Source: an uncultured Planctomycetota bacterium (GTDB lineage: Bacteria; Planctomycetota; Planctomycetia; Isosphaerales; Isosphaeraceae). Taken from it: DNA of 64,000 bases. The stretch covers positions 1,152,001-1,216,000 of the forward strand of contig CAWGMQ010000006.1 in NCBI GenBank assembly GCA_963823665.1. Direction: 5' to 3'. Positions 1 to 9,837 of this stretch are shown one piece after another. The notes under the pieces are model-generated. The model was not told the origin of the DNA, searched no databases, and worked only from the letters and a program-made list of their open reading frames with translations. The position numbers and the translations under genes are program-made. Within the stretch, counting starts at the first letter, position 1, and each line of letters starts with the position of its first letter.

Positions 1-3000
1 GTACGTCGCCAAGATCGGTCTGATCGGGGCGGACGTCGTGATAGATCCGCGCCGCCTCGCGGGTACGGAATTCCAGCTTGAGCGCTGTGTGGACGGGCAC
101 CTTGGCGCGGAATCGGCCGTCCAGGCCTGTGACCGGAAGTTCCGCGTCGCGCGGCCAGGCGGCGAGGTCGTACTGTTTGTAAATAGGGACCTTGGGCAGC
201 GGCTTGCCATCGGCGCCGAGCAGCCGGCCGGTGAGCGTGCGCGCCGCCAGAAGCTTTACGGCACGGAACGCGGGAAAGGTGTCCGAGATACCGTTCTTGG
301 CGATCTCTCTCGTGTCGGCGATGTCGAAGTAGGTCACGTAGCGCGGGTGACTGATCGTGACCCGGAGCTCCAGCATTCGCCCGGGAGATGGCTCGGCGAG
401 GTACTTCTCGGGCACCACGACGGTGAATCGGCCGTCCTGATCGGTCTTGGTCTTGTGCGAGACGAACAAATCGGTGACCGGATCCACTTCACCGTTCTCG
501 TCGTTTCGCCGTTCGACACCCAAGGTGACAACGGCGCCGGCTACCGGGAGGCTGGTATCCCTGTCGACGGCCCGGCAGGCGATCGCGCGAGACGGTTCCA
601 CCGGCGATTGAAGTTCAGTTGGGAAATTCTCCGGACCAGTCAGGTCTTGCAAGAATCGCTCGGGAGGCCACGCCTCCCACGTCATTCCCGCCATTCGGCT
701 CGCCGCCGCGTTCCTCTTGAGCTTCCGGATTCCGTTCGATGAGTGGATGACCAGCCGGCCGTTTTTGACGACGCAGCCCAGTCCGAGTTGGTCGAGAAGC
801 AGCCGTAGGGTCGTCCTGAGCGGCACGCCATCGAGATCCATCCGGATCGTCGAGTTGAGCGTCCTATGTGCTTCCTCAAGCCCGCTCGGGAACACGAGGA
901 CCTCCATCGCTCGACCCTGGCGGGGGTCCTTGGGGACCCGCTTGAGGTACTCCAGCACATCCCCCAGCGGGGTACTGTTGGAAAACGGCATCCTGACCGG
1001 CTTTTCGAGCCGGGCCAGGAGCGCCTTGGTTTCTTGCGACGCGTCGCAGATCTCGACGGCGAGCTCCTTCCGCTCCCGCTGGATGCTCTCGGGATCGCTG
1101 ATGACGAGCACGTCGTCCTTGACCATGTAGGCCAGGCCCAGGGAAGTGAGTACCGTCGCGAGTATGTCCTTCAGAGGGAGACCCTTCTCGTTGATCTTGA
1201 CCCGCGCCATAGTCTTCCAGCTCAAGTCGACCACCGCCTTCTCATCGATGCTGAGCTTGGAGTCCAGGACCCCGGCCTCGAGAAGCCCTAATGGATCGAC
1301 GTAGATCGGGATGCCCGGATCGTTCGGCCCGTTCTTCGTCGCGCGCTTGATGTGCTGCAAGACGTCGTCCAGCGGGACCTCGCTGGGAAACTCCATGGCC
1401 ACGGGCTCTTCCAGCCTGGCGAGGATGGCCTTCGTGCGCGGCGTCATCTCGGAGGCCGGTGGTGGTTTTGTCGCAAGCGGCAACGGGAGCTCGCCTCCAA
1501 CATACGTCTTCAGCTTCCGGATGCCGTTCGATGAGTGGATGACCAGGCGGCCGTCCTTGACGACGCAGGCCAGTCCGAGCTGGTCGAGAAGCAGCCGGAG
1601 GGTCGTCTTGAGCGGCACGCCTTCGAGATCCATCTGGATCGTTGAGTTGAGCGTTGTCTCCGCCTCCTCGAGCCCACTCGGCATGACGAGGATCTCCAAG
1701 GCCCGATTCTGCGGAAGATCCTCGGTGGCCTGCTTGAGGTACTCCAGGACGTCTCCCAGAGGAGTATCGTCCGGAAACGGCATCTTGACCGGCTTCTCGA
1801 GCTGAGCCACCAACGCCTTGGTTTGCTGCGACGCGTCGCAAGCCTGGACGGCGACCTCGTTCCGCTGCCGCTCGGTGCTCTCCGGAACGCTGATGAAGAG
1901 CATGTCGTCCTTGACGATGTAGGCCATGCCCAGCGGCGTGAGCACTCGCGCAAGGGCGTCTTTCAGCGGGAGCCCCTTCTCGTTGATCGTGACCGTGGAG
2001 TCGAAGACCCCGGCCTCAAGGACCCCCAATGGGTCGACGTAGATCGGGATGCCCGGGTCGTTCGGCCCCTTGTTCGTCACCCGCTCGATATGTTGCAAGA
2101 CGTCGTCCAGCGGCACCTCGTCGGGAAACTCCATGGCCACCGGCTCTTCCAGCCTGGCGAGGATCGCCTTCGTCCGCGGCGTGATCTCGGCCTTCGGCGG
2201 AGGCGTCGACGCGGATTCGAATTCAACCCGTTTCGTCTCGCCCGGGCCGACGGTCGCATGAGTGGACGCCAATGTCCGCGCCTCGAGCTCGTCTGGTTTT
2301 CCGGGAACGCGCTCATCCGGACTCATCAGGTCGACTTGATAGTCGCCCGGGGCCAGATCGTCGAGTACGATTTCCGTTTGACCGGGTTTCAGCTCCCGAT
2401 CAACTTCGTCGATTGAGTCCTCGGATCCGATGACCTGGATCTGGCCCGCGCCGGCGAATGTCTTTCGATCGATGGTCACGATGATTCGGGCAGCAGGGGA
2501 GATTTTGATCTCGATCGATTCATTCTCTTCCTGGCGCTCCAGATGATCTGACCGACCCGGCGCGATGCCTTTCCCCCACCAGGCGAGCTCGACCTCGTCT
2601 CTCCTGGGGACCAGCGTGAACTCGAAGCGTCCCTGCGCGTCGGTCGCAGCTTGCAGGAAGCGAGTCACCGTGGACACCTGGGCCAACTGACGGCTTCGGA
2701 TCATGGCCCAGTTGAAAGGGAAGCTCCTGCGCTCTTTCGGATCGCGGTCCCGGGCGGCGAACAGCCGAAGTTGCGCCGCCACGACCGGGTTTCCCCGTGC
2801 GTCGACCAGCCGCCCGCGATATGTCCGAAGCTCCGCCGGATCGACCGGATCCAGCCGGAATTCCTCGACCCGTCCATCATCCGGTCTCGCGATGACGACA
2901 CGCTCCGTGACTTGCCGCTCGTAGCCCTGAGCCGCAACCATGACCTGGAGCGGCATACCGACGACCAGTTCCCCGAGCTTGAAGCGGCCATCGTTCGATT

Positions 3001-4582
3001 GAAACATCTCGCCCGGGTCATTGAGTCTGGCGAAGAGCCCGTTCGATGGCTCGCCGGGCTGCCGCCTGGGCGAAAACGTGATCTGAACGCGAAACGCGCC
3101 GATCGGCTTGCCCGTGCGCACATCGACCACTCTGCCAGCGATGACGCCGGCGGGGGCCATCGTGACGGAGACGACCTGATCGGTGTCGAGCGGTAGGTGC
3201 CGTTCCTCGATCGCCGAATAACCTTTCTTGGAGAAGCCGAACGGTGATTGCGCGGGAAGTGAATCGAATTCGAAGAAGCCGCGATCGTCGGTCGTCGCCC
3301 TACCGCCGTCGCTAAATGGGTCGTCGCCGTGTGCGAAGTCGACGCGAACGCCGGCGAGCGGCCGGCCCTTTTCGTCGTCGACGCGACCCTTGATCCGGTG
3401 CCCGGGCTCGAGGGTGATCGTGACCTCGGCGGGCCGGTTGGGTGGCCCCGGCTCGACCTTGAGACGTCTCGGCGCGGAACCCTTCGCCCGAACGAGAACT
3501 TCCTTGCCGACGGTCTGCTCCAACAGATCGTCCAGCCGGAACCGGCCATCCGGCCCTGTCTTCGTCTGGCGAACCATGGCTGACGACATACCCATGTTAA
3601 TTAAATCGGCGCCGGCGATCGGTTGTCCTTGGTGATCGAGGACCACGCCCGCGATCGAGCCCCCGTTGGGACGGGGCTCGTTTGCCGTCTGATTCTGCCG
3701 CGGTCTGGCTGCTGCTGCGGCTGGGGATCCGTCGCTTTGTCCGGGAAGGGCGGCCCAGGCCATTGCCAGACCGGCACTCGCTACCAAAAAGGCCAGGAGC
3801 TTCATTTGCCGGGCGCGGCTCATGGCCGAGAGCACGGCCGCGGCCAGCCGGCCCGCGGCCGACGTCGCCGCGTGTCCCAACCTCTCGGCCAACGCGGCGC
3901 GGGCAGCCACTTCGAGCCATCCAGGCGGTATGGGATCGGTCCTGACCAGCGGTGCGGCCAGCGGGCCGAGCGCGCCCGCTGAACCCGACCGTTCCAGCCG
4001 CCGCTTCAGACGCTCATGGGCCCCGGCCAGCCGCCGCCGCACTGTTGCCTCGCCACAACCCAGCTCCCGCGCCGCCTCCATCTGCGTCATGCCCTCCAGG
4101 TCGCAGAGGACCACCGCCCGGCGGACGGCCACCGGCAGCCGGGCGATCTCCTCGTGCAGCTCCGAATTCCGGTCATCACCCGCTGCACCGTCTCGTCCCG
4201 CGATCGCATCCATCTGTACCCCCTGGCGCTCTCGCGAGCGCCGGCGAGCGCTGTCGACGTTGGCCCGAACGGCGACGCGGTAGGCCACACGGTGCAGCCA
4301 ACCCGCTAGCGAGCCCTGGACCCGGAGCGAGCCAACCCGGCGGGCCAGGATGAGGAACGTGGCCTGGAAGGCATCCTCAACGTCACCCGGGTCGCGGAGG
4401 ACACCCCGGCAGACGGCCAAGGTCATCGGGCCGTGGCGAGCCACCAGTGCCGCGAAGGCATCCTCGTCTCGCTCGGTCGCGAACCGATCGAGGAGCGCGG
4501 CATCGGAGACTCCCGCGGCGGACCCGCCTGAGTAGAGACGCTGGATCTGCCGTAGGACGTTACCAAGGTGCATGCTGGCCAA
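1..4582 (-). CDS. ECF sigma-70 factor with transmembrane helix and very long C-terminal extension (carboxypeptidase-regulatory-like repeats + 4 STN-like domains); runs off the window edge
   Basis: Absent from the ORF track, consistent with no stop inside the window. Manual translation from TTG at 4582 (RBS GGAGGAG upstream) gives MASMHLGNVLRQIQRLYSGG..SDAALLDRF..DAFAALVARHGPM..DVEDAFQATFLILARR..LAGWLHRVAYRVA (region 2) and LPVAVRRAVVLCDLEGMTQMEAARELGCGEATVRRRL (region 4). TM KLLAFLVASAGLAMAWAAL lies at ~3750-3805. Confidence 0.9.
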   Translation of the reverse strand, partial: MASMHLGNVLRQIQRLYSGGSAAGVSDAALLDRFATERDEDAFAALVARHGPMTLAVCRGVLRDPGDVEDAFQATFLILARRVGSLRVQGSLAGWLHRVAYRVAVRANVDSARRRSRERQGVQMDAIAGRDGAAGDDRNSELHEEIARLPVAVRRAVVLCDLEGMTQMEAARELGCGEATVRRRLAGAHERLKRRLERSGSAGALGPLAAPLVRTDPIPPGWLEVAARAALAERLGHAATSAAGRLAAAVLSAMSRARQMKLLAFLVASAGLAMAWAALPGQSDGSPAAAAARPRQNQTANEPRPNGGSIAGVVLDHQGQPIAGADLINMGMSSAMVRQTKTGPDGRFRLDDLLEQTVGKEVLVRAKGSAPRRLKVEPGPPNRPAEVTITLEPGHRIKGRVDDEKGRPLAGVRVDFAHGDDPFSDGGRATTDDRGFFEFDSLPAQSPFGFSKKGYSAIEERHLPLDTDQVVSVTMAPAGVIAGRVVDVRTGKPIGAFRVQITFSPRRQPGEPSNGLFARLNDPGEMFQSNDGRFKLGELVVGMPLQVMVAAQGYERQVTERVVIARPDDGRVEEFRLDPVDPAELRTYRGRLVDARGNPVVAAQLRLFAARDRDPKERRSFPFNWAMIRSRQLAQVSTVTRFLQAATDAQGRFEFTLVPRRDEVELAWWGKGIAPGRSDHLERQEENESIEIKISPAARIIVTIDRKTFAGAGQIQVIGSEDSIDEVDRELKPGQTEIVLDDLAPGDYQVDLMSPDERVPGKPDELEARTLASTHATVGPGETKRVEFESASTPPPKAEITPRTKAILARLEEPVAMEFPDEVPLDDVLQHIERVTNKGPNDPGIPIYVDPLGVLEAGVFDSTVTINEKGLPLKDALARVLTPLGMAYIVKDDMLFISVPESTERQRNEVAVQACDASQQTKALVAQLEKPVKMPFPDDTPLGDVLEYLKQATEDLPQNRALEILVMPSGLEEAETTLNSTIQMDLEGVPLKTTLRLLLDQLGLACVVKDGRLVIHSSNGIRKLKTYVGGELPLPLATKPPPASEMTPRTKAILARLEEPVAMEFPSEVPLDDVLQHIKRATKNGPNDPGIPIYVDPLGLLEAGVLDSKLSIDEKAVVDLSWKTMARVKINEKGLPLKDILATVLTSLGLAYMVKDDVLVISDPESIQRERKELAVEICDASQETKALLARLEKPVRMPFSNSTPLGDVLEYLKRVPKDPRQGRAMEVLVFPSGLEEAHRTLNSTIRMDLDGVPLRTTLRLLLDQLGLGCVVKNGRLVIHSSNGIRKLKRNAAASRMAGMTWEAWPPERFLQDLTGPENFPTELQSPVEPSRAIACRAVDRDTSLPVAGAVVTLGVERRNDENGEVDPVTDLFVSHKTKTDQDGRFTVVVPEKYLAEPSPGRMLELRVTISHPRYVTYFDIADTREIAKNGISDTFPAFRAVKLLAARTLTGRLLGADGKPLPKVPIYKQYDLAAWPRDAELPVTGLDGRFRAKVPVHTALKLEFRTREAARIYHDVRPDQTDLGDV
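735..2175 (-). repeat. Intragenic tandem duplication of a ~740-790 bp unit, each copy encoding two STN-like domains
   Basis: GAGTGGATGACCAG occurs at ~741 and ~1533; AACTCCATGGCCAC occurs at ~1389 and ~2127. The peptide RLEEPVAMEFP.EVPLDDVLQHI..GIPIYVDP occurs twice. Confidence 0.9.
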
Positions 4583-4819
4583 GAAGCGACTCCTCCCCGA
4601 ATTCTCTCAACCGTCACCCATTACATTGGCGCCGTGGGACGAAATCCGATCAACATTCCGCACGCGATTGCGGAATCGTCCTCGACCGCCATGGCACGCC
4701 GGCTAATCCCCTGCGCATCAAGTGGATTCAGCGAGTGCATACGATAAGGGGTTTCCCACAACGTGAATCCGACGCACCGGGCCAGGTGCGCAGTCCGAAT
4801 CCGACGGCACCGATCTCGC

Positions 4820-5884
4820 TCAGCGCCAGTCGAGTGCGTTCAACTCAAGCGCAGGTGGAAGGCGAAGAATTCGCCGAGACCAACCGCCGGCCTCGGAAAA
4901 GATGAAAAGCCGGGGATTGTTCCGGTGATCCATGGACCAGCTTTTCCGACCATCCTCAGAGTAGGACCACGTCTTGACCACGGCCGCGAGTTGCGTGCCG
5001 TCGCGCGACCAGCAGACGCCATCGACGTAGTTATCGTCGCTCTCCTCGTAGACCCTGCGGCGGTCGCGACCGTCGAGGGTGATCACATCCAGATTCCGCG
5101 TCTTGCCCTCGCAACTTATGAATGCGATGCGACGGCTGTCCGGGGAGAAGCGGGGTTCCACGTTCAAACCAGATTCGGTCAGCCGGCGCCTGCCCGTCCC
5201 GTCCGGATGCATGAGATAGAGCTGGTAGCCCTCTTCGCCGAGGCGGCTTCCGACCGACACCAACCACGACCCGTCGGGCGACCAGTCATGGACTTCCTCG
5301 GACTCGGGGATCGGCAGCTTCATCGCATTCAAGCCGTCGGAGTCGACCCGCCAGGTCTCGAACGCCCATCCGCCGCGCTTGAGGTCACCTCGAAAGAACA
5401 CGAGCTGCTTCCCGTCTTGCGACCAGATCGGATAGCCGCCGATATCGAGCATCTTGCGGCCCTCGCCGCCGCGGAGGCCGCGGACCCAGAGGGAGGTGGG
5501 ACGGATGTAATCGATCTTGTCGTCTTCGCTCGTGATGGTCTCGCTGTAGCAGTATGCCATTTTCGTGCCGTCCGCGGAGACCCGAAAGGACGACTGGTTG
5601 ATCTCCTCATCGAAGGGGGCAAGGACCTTGGTCCGGGTGTTCCTCTCGGGGTCGACGGCGTAGAGGCCCGGTGGCATCTCGTTGGCGTCCGCCGCTTTCC
5701 ACTCGGCGTACACGTAGATCGTCCCGTGGGCGGAGCCCGGGGCGGTTTCGTGCGCCTCGTCTCTTGCCGTCGTGATTCGGAGGGTTGGTAGAGCGGTCAG
5801 GGCCGCGCCGGCCAGGCCCAACCGCAGGGCCTCTCGCCGCGACAGCGTCAGCGGGACGTCGCGGATCGAGGAGATCTGAGCCAT
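4820..5884 (-). CDS. Tat-exported TolB/PD40-like beta-propeller protein (alternative start 5965)
   Basis: Twin-arginine signal LSRREALRLGLAGAAL; repeats VSADG, WSQDG, WSPDG, FSPDS, WSRDG. Confidence 0.8.
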   Translation of the reverse strand: MAQISSIRDVPLTLSRREALRLGLAGAALTALPTLRITTARDEAHETAPGSAHGTIYVYAEWKAADANEMPPGLYAVDPERNTRTKVLAPFDEEINQSSFRVSADGTKMAYCYSETITSEDDKIDYIRPTSLWVRGLRGGEGRKMLDIGGYPIWSQDGKQLVFFRGDLKRGGWAFETWRVDSDGLNAMKLPIPESEEVHDWSPDGSWLVSVGSRLGEEGYQLYLMHPDGTGRRRLTESGLNVEPRFSPDSRRIAFISCEGKTRNLDVITLDGRDRRRVYEESDDNYVDGVCWSRDGTQLAAVVKTWSYSEDGRKSWSMDHRNNPRLFIFSEAGGWSRRILRLPPALELNALDWR

Positions 5885-5976
5885 CCTCAATTTCCAGAAA
5901 GTGCTGAGGCTGGCGCAGCCCCCAGCATTCAGTGCCGTCGTCCAGGGTCCGAACAGGCCGTTCATCGGTGTAACTC

Positions 5977-7032
5977 CTACGTGCCGAGGGATGCCGGGGC
6001 ATCGGCCCCGAGGGGAGGGTATGGGAACTCGTCATCAGCGCGGTTTTGCGCGGCGTCGCGGCGGGCGAGGGCCGCGTCAAGGAACACCGGCGGGCGGGAT
6101 GTAAGCGTCGCCACCTCGACCAGCGTGTCAGCGTACGCAGAGGCGCCCAGCCCGCCGAACGCGAGTGCCACGGCGTCGCAAGCCAGCTCTCGCTCCAGCC
6201 GGGTCTGCCAGGCGACCCAGTGAGCAACCGGATGGAAGACGTAGAGTAGCTTCGCGATCTCCGGGATCCACCCCCAGACCAGATCGCCGCGCCGGATGTG
6301 GGCCAGCTCGTGCAGTAGAACCTGGCGCCAGCGTGGAACGTTGAGCGCGCCGAGCAAGTCGCGGGGCAAGACGAGGGTTGGACGGCGCAGGCCGCAAACG
6401 AAGGGCGAGCCGCTCATCTCGGCCACAATCACTCGGGGTGGCGTTTGCAGGCCGATCCGGACCGATACGTCGTTCACCAGGTGATGCCAACGCGCGTCAT
6501 CGAGCGGTGAGGATCGCCGGATCACCGCGCCAAGCGCCGACCGCTGTCGCGCCAGCACAATAAGCCTCCAGGCCACCAGGCCGAGCCAGGTGAGGAACCA
6601 CCACGACCGCCAGGAGATATCCCACGCCCCAGCGGCAACTCTCGGCGCTCTTCCGGTCGCCGTTGCGGCGGGCATGCCCGCTTCCGCGAAAGGCCGGAGG
6701 TGTGTCATCGGCACGACCAGCCCGGTTACAGCCGGTTTCTGCTCAAGACGAACGTTCCCCGACAAGTCCGCAGCGCGAATGGCCATCATCGGGATCGCGA
6801 CCATCCACAGCGGCATCACCAGCATCTTGAGCGCCACGACCTGCCAGATCCAGTATCTGAGCGTAGGCGACGACCGGGCCAGCCGCCTCGCCAGAATGGC
6901 GACGAAGATCGCCAGGAGGGTTGACTGCCAGACCACCGCCTGAGCCAGGCCCGCCCAGGACTCCGACATGCGATTGAGTACCTCGACAAGCGACGACACA
7001 AGCGCCTCCGGGGCCGGGTTCATTCGGACCAT
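5977..7032 (-). CDS. BlaR1-like M56 family membrane metallopeptidase (no C-terminal sensor domain)
   Basis: WQSTLL TM start, SPFVCGLRRPTLVLP, LLHELAHIRRGD zinc motif, ERELACD. Confidence 0.92.
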   Translation of the reverse strand: MVRMNPAPEALVSSLVEVLNRMSESWAGLAQAVVWQSTLLAIFVAILARRLARSSPTLRYWIWQVVALKMLVMPLWMVAIPMMAIRAADLSGNVRLEQKPAVTGLVVPMTHLRPFAEAGMPAATATGRAPRVAAGAWDISWRSWWFLTWLGLVAWRLIVLARQRSALGAVIRRSSPLDDARWHHLVNDVSVRIGLQTPPRVIVAEMSGSPFVCGLRRPTLVLPRDLLGALNVPRWRQVLLHELAHIRRGDLVWGWIPEIAKLLYVFHPVAHWVAWQTRLERELACDAVALAFGGLGASAYADTLVEVATLTSRPPVFLDAALARRDAAQNRADDEFPYPPLGADAPASLGT

Positions 7033-7078
7033 AAGACCGCGACTGCGGAACGGCCGCAGTCAGGTGAGATGGCGTCCT

Positions 7079-7473
7079 TCATTGAGGGGGGCTTTTGCCG
7101 ATCTTCCGCGCGATGCTGCGGAGGGTGTCGAGGTCTTTGGCGGAGAGCCGGCCGCCTTCGGATTCGGCAAGATAGGCAGCGAGGGCGCCGGGAGATCCCC
7201 CGAGGACACCCTCGATGAACCGGCGGATCAGGGCCGGCAGGACACTCCGCTCCTCTCGGGTCGCCCGGTAGCGCACTGGCCCGGTCCCCGGTTCGCGCAC
7301 GAGCAAGCCCTTCGCCTCGAGCCTCTGCATCGTCTTGAGAACCGTCGTGCGGATCACCTGCCGGTCGGCCTGGATCAGCTCCGTGATTCTACGCTCCGAA
7401 CATGGTTGCTCGCGCAGACCAGGCGCAATACCTGGATCTCCATCTCCCCCAGTGAAGGTAATGACGTGCCCAT
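7079..7473 (-). CDS. BlaI/MecI/CopY family repressor (one frameshift near 7415)
   Basis: Reconstructed MGTSLPSLGEMEIQVLRLV(W)REQPCSERRITELIQADRQVIRTTVLKTMQRLEAKGLLVR; lies directly upstream of the M56 gene. Confidence 0.88.
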
Positions 7474-7494
7474 ACTCAAGCGTCTCTCGCATCT

Positions 7495-7573
7495 TTACGG
7501 CACTTGCCGTCAACCTAGAGGGTTTTTACGGCAGGTGCCGTCAACCTGGTAGATCCTACGGCGACTGCCGTAA
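7495..7573. promoter_or_regulatory. Three palindromic operators TACGGCA-NN-TGCCGT(A), probable BlaI-family binding sites
   Basis: TTACGGCACTTGCCGTCA 7495-7512, TTACGGCAGGTGCCGTCA 7526-7543 and CTACGGCGACTGCCGTAA 7556-7573, just upstream of the repressor start. Confidence 0.8.
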
Positions 7574-7724
7574 GCTGTCAAGTGCCGTGTCAGAATTCTC
7601 GAGGCGGCCGCTCGCGCTACCTGCTGCCAGCGATCGGGTGGAACGATCTGCGTAAAGTGATTCGAGGCGGTCGCATGGCAGTCCTTCCCGGCCCGGCGCC
7701 AGTGCCGGGCGAATCGGCCGTCGG

Positions 7725-8350
7725 TCATCGGACGATCGATCGGGTCGTGAGCGTACAAGGTTTGACGCCTTCCTGGAGATCGGCACCATGTTCCAGAAGG
7801 GGCGAATCCATTGCCAGGAGCAATTGGGTCAGGTTCGGAAGCTCGGCAAGGTGGTGGAGGCCCGCGCCCGGTACGCCATCACCTTGGAGATCCAGCTCTT
7901 TCAAATCTCGCAATGGCTTGAGCATGGCGAGCCCTTCTGGAGAAAACCGGAAGGCACCGAACGTGAAACGGAGCGCCTTGAAATTGACCAGTCGGGCGAC
8001 TGACGCGAGACTTTGATCGGTCAACGAGCCATCTGAACCTCCGCCGCGCCGGCACCGTCAAAAACCAGGTTCACCTCAACCGCCGTGCGGAAGAAGTCGT
8101 CACCGATCGCGGCGCGGAGCCACGATGGCGCCCACGGCTGGCACCCGGATTTGTACGCGCCATTCACGTACTCATCGTCGTAGTGCACGAACCCGCCGTA
8201 TGCCTTCACCTGGGCCACTGCGCGCGCCTGCGTTCGCGCCCGGTTCACCTGCACGCCGAAAAATGCGGCGATCATGATCACGGCCAGAAGCATGGCCCGC
8301 ACGCTGAATTGAATCCACGATCGGCGCTTCTGTTTCGTCTTTGCGACGTC
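7725..8350 (-). CDS. Membrane-anchored leucine-rich-repeat protein, short and frameshifted near 8025; start uncertain
   Basis: RRSWIQFSVRAMLLAV + TM + QARAVAQVKAYGGFVHYD, then LRR-like LKPLRDLKELDLQG..GLHHLAELPNLTQLLL in the adjacent frame. Confidence 0.65.
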
Positions 8351-8729
8351 CTTACATCCTTCCTTGGGTGGTGTCGCTCGTCGATCCGCGGCGAAACTCG
8401 CTCGACCTCGAGAGTCCGGCCTCTGCACACCGGCCTATCGTCGCGCGCCGGATCGCCGGCGCCAACCCGGAATTGGCCGTTAGCGCGAGGCCATACGCGA
8501 TGGTGCGGACCGGAACGCATGCCGTTCAAGACGCGCTGACCATCGTCCTGATCTGCGAGGACGCGTTCGAGCTTGCCATGGCTCGCCATCACTGTCGCTG
8601 ACGAAATGCACGAGCCGGGGACGCTCACGAGCGAGACCGAAATGGCGCACAAAGGACGGCGCACCAGGTGCGCCGTCCCTCGTGAAGATTGATCAAGATT
8701 CGCAAATCTGGTTTTCTTGCGAGGAGGTC

Positions 8730-9492
8730 TCAGCCAACCTTGGCGAGCGCCGGCGCGTTCCGCGTGGCGGCCGCGGCTTCGACGAAAGCCTCGATCAATT
8801 GCGTGTCGAGGGAGATGTTTCCCTCGTTCTCGGGATGCCATTGCACGCCGGTGACCCACCAGCCCGGATCCCTGCCTTCGAAGGCTTCGATCAGGCCGTC
8901 CGGAGCCAGCGCCGCGGACGCGGAAATTCGGCGCGAGCTTGCGCACTCCCTGGTGATGGTAGCTGTTCACACGAATCTCGCCCGGGCCATAGATCTGCTC
9001 GAGCCGTGTTCCAGGCTGCATCACCACGGTGTGCCGATGAGCGCCCCCGTGCGGGTCGCGGTGCGGAATTGACTTGGGCATGTCCTCCGGCAGATGGACG
9101 TACAAACCACCGCCGCAGACAACGTTCAGTTCTTGCATGCCCAGACCGATGCCGAGCACCGGCATCTTCCGCTGCTGCACCATCCTGCAGAGCATGCGGT
9201 CGGAGAGCTCGCGGCGCTCGGGCACCAAGGTAACGGATGGATGCGGCGTCAGCCCCATCTTCCGCGGGTCGAGGTCATCGCCGCCGGTCAGCACCAGCCC
9301 ATCCAGCTTGTCAAGGATCGGAGAGAGGTCCGATTCCTTGATGAGCGGTGGAATGAAGATGGCCAGGGCGTTGGCCGTCATCAGGATTTCATAATAGCCG
9401 CTATGCAGGTAGCAATGCGGCGTCCGTCCCTTTGCGGGAGCACGGTAATCGGTGTTGATTCCGATCATTGGACGGTACTTCATGGCAGCCAT
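8730..9492 (-). CDS. Peptidase C26 / PuuD-like class I glutamine amidotransferase family protein (frameshift near 8915; nucleophile Cys replaced by Gly)
   Basis: LDGLVLTGGDDLDP, PVLGIGLGMQELNV, VNSYHHQGV, and after the shift GLIEAFEG..GVQWHPE; stop at 8730-8732. Confidence 0.88.
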
Positions 9493-9837
9493 CCCCTCCT
9501 TGAAATGGACTCGGCGAACTGTTGTTCGCTCTGTTGTCTGCGTGGGATTTCGTACCCGATTGATCCGTCAATCACCTTGCACTTTTCCGGCAAGGGACGG
9601 CGAGTCTATCGAGAGCAGTTCAGGAATTTCAAGCAAAAACCCGAGAGAATTCTGGATTTTTTTCGAAAAAGCCCTGCAATTGCAGTTTGGGAAGCCAGGT
9701 GAGCGATACGGAGCTTCCCAACTCGCGGCATTGCGAACGGGAATGAGCGCGACGCTCGTCACGAACCTCCGGAGGTTGGCAGACGAGCAGCCGCGTGCGC
9801 ACTTGCCTGTAATGGCGGAGCCCCGCTCGTGACTCCC

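Noticed and set aside
7495..7573. Three repeats as a mini-CRISPR array
   Set aside because: Repeats are ~18 bp with 12-13 bp spacers, there are no cas genes, and the position fits operators.
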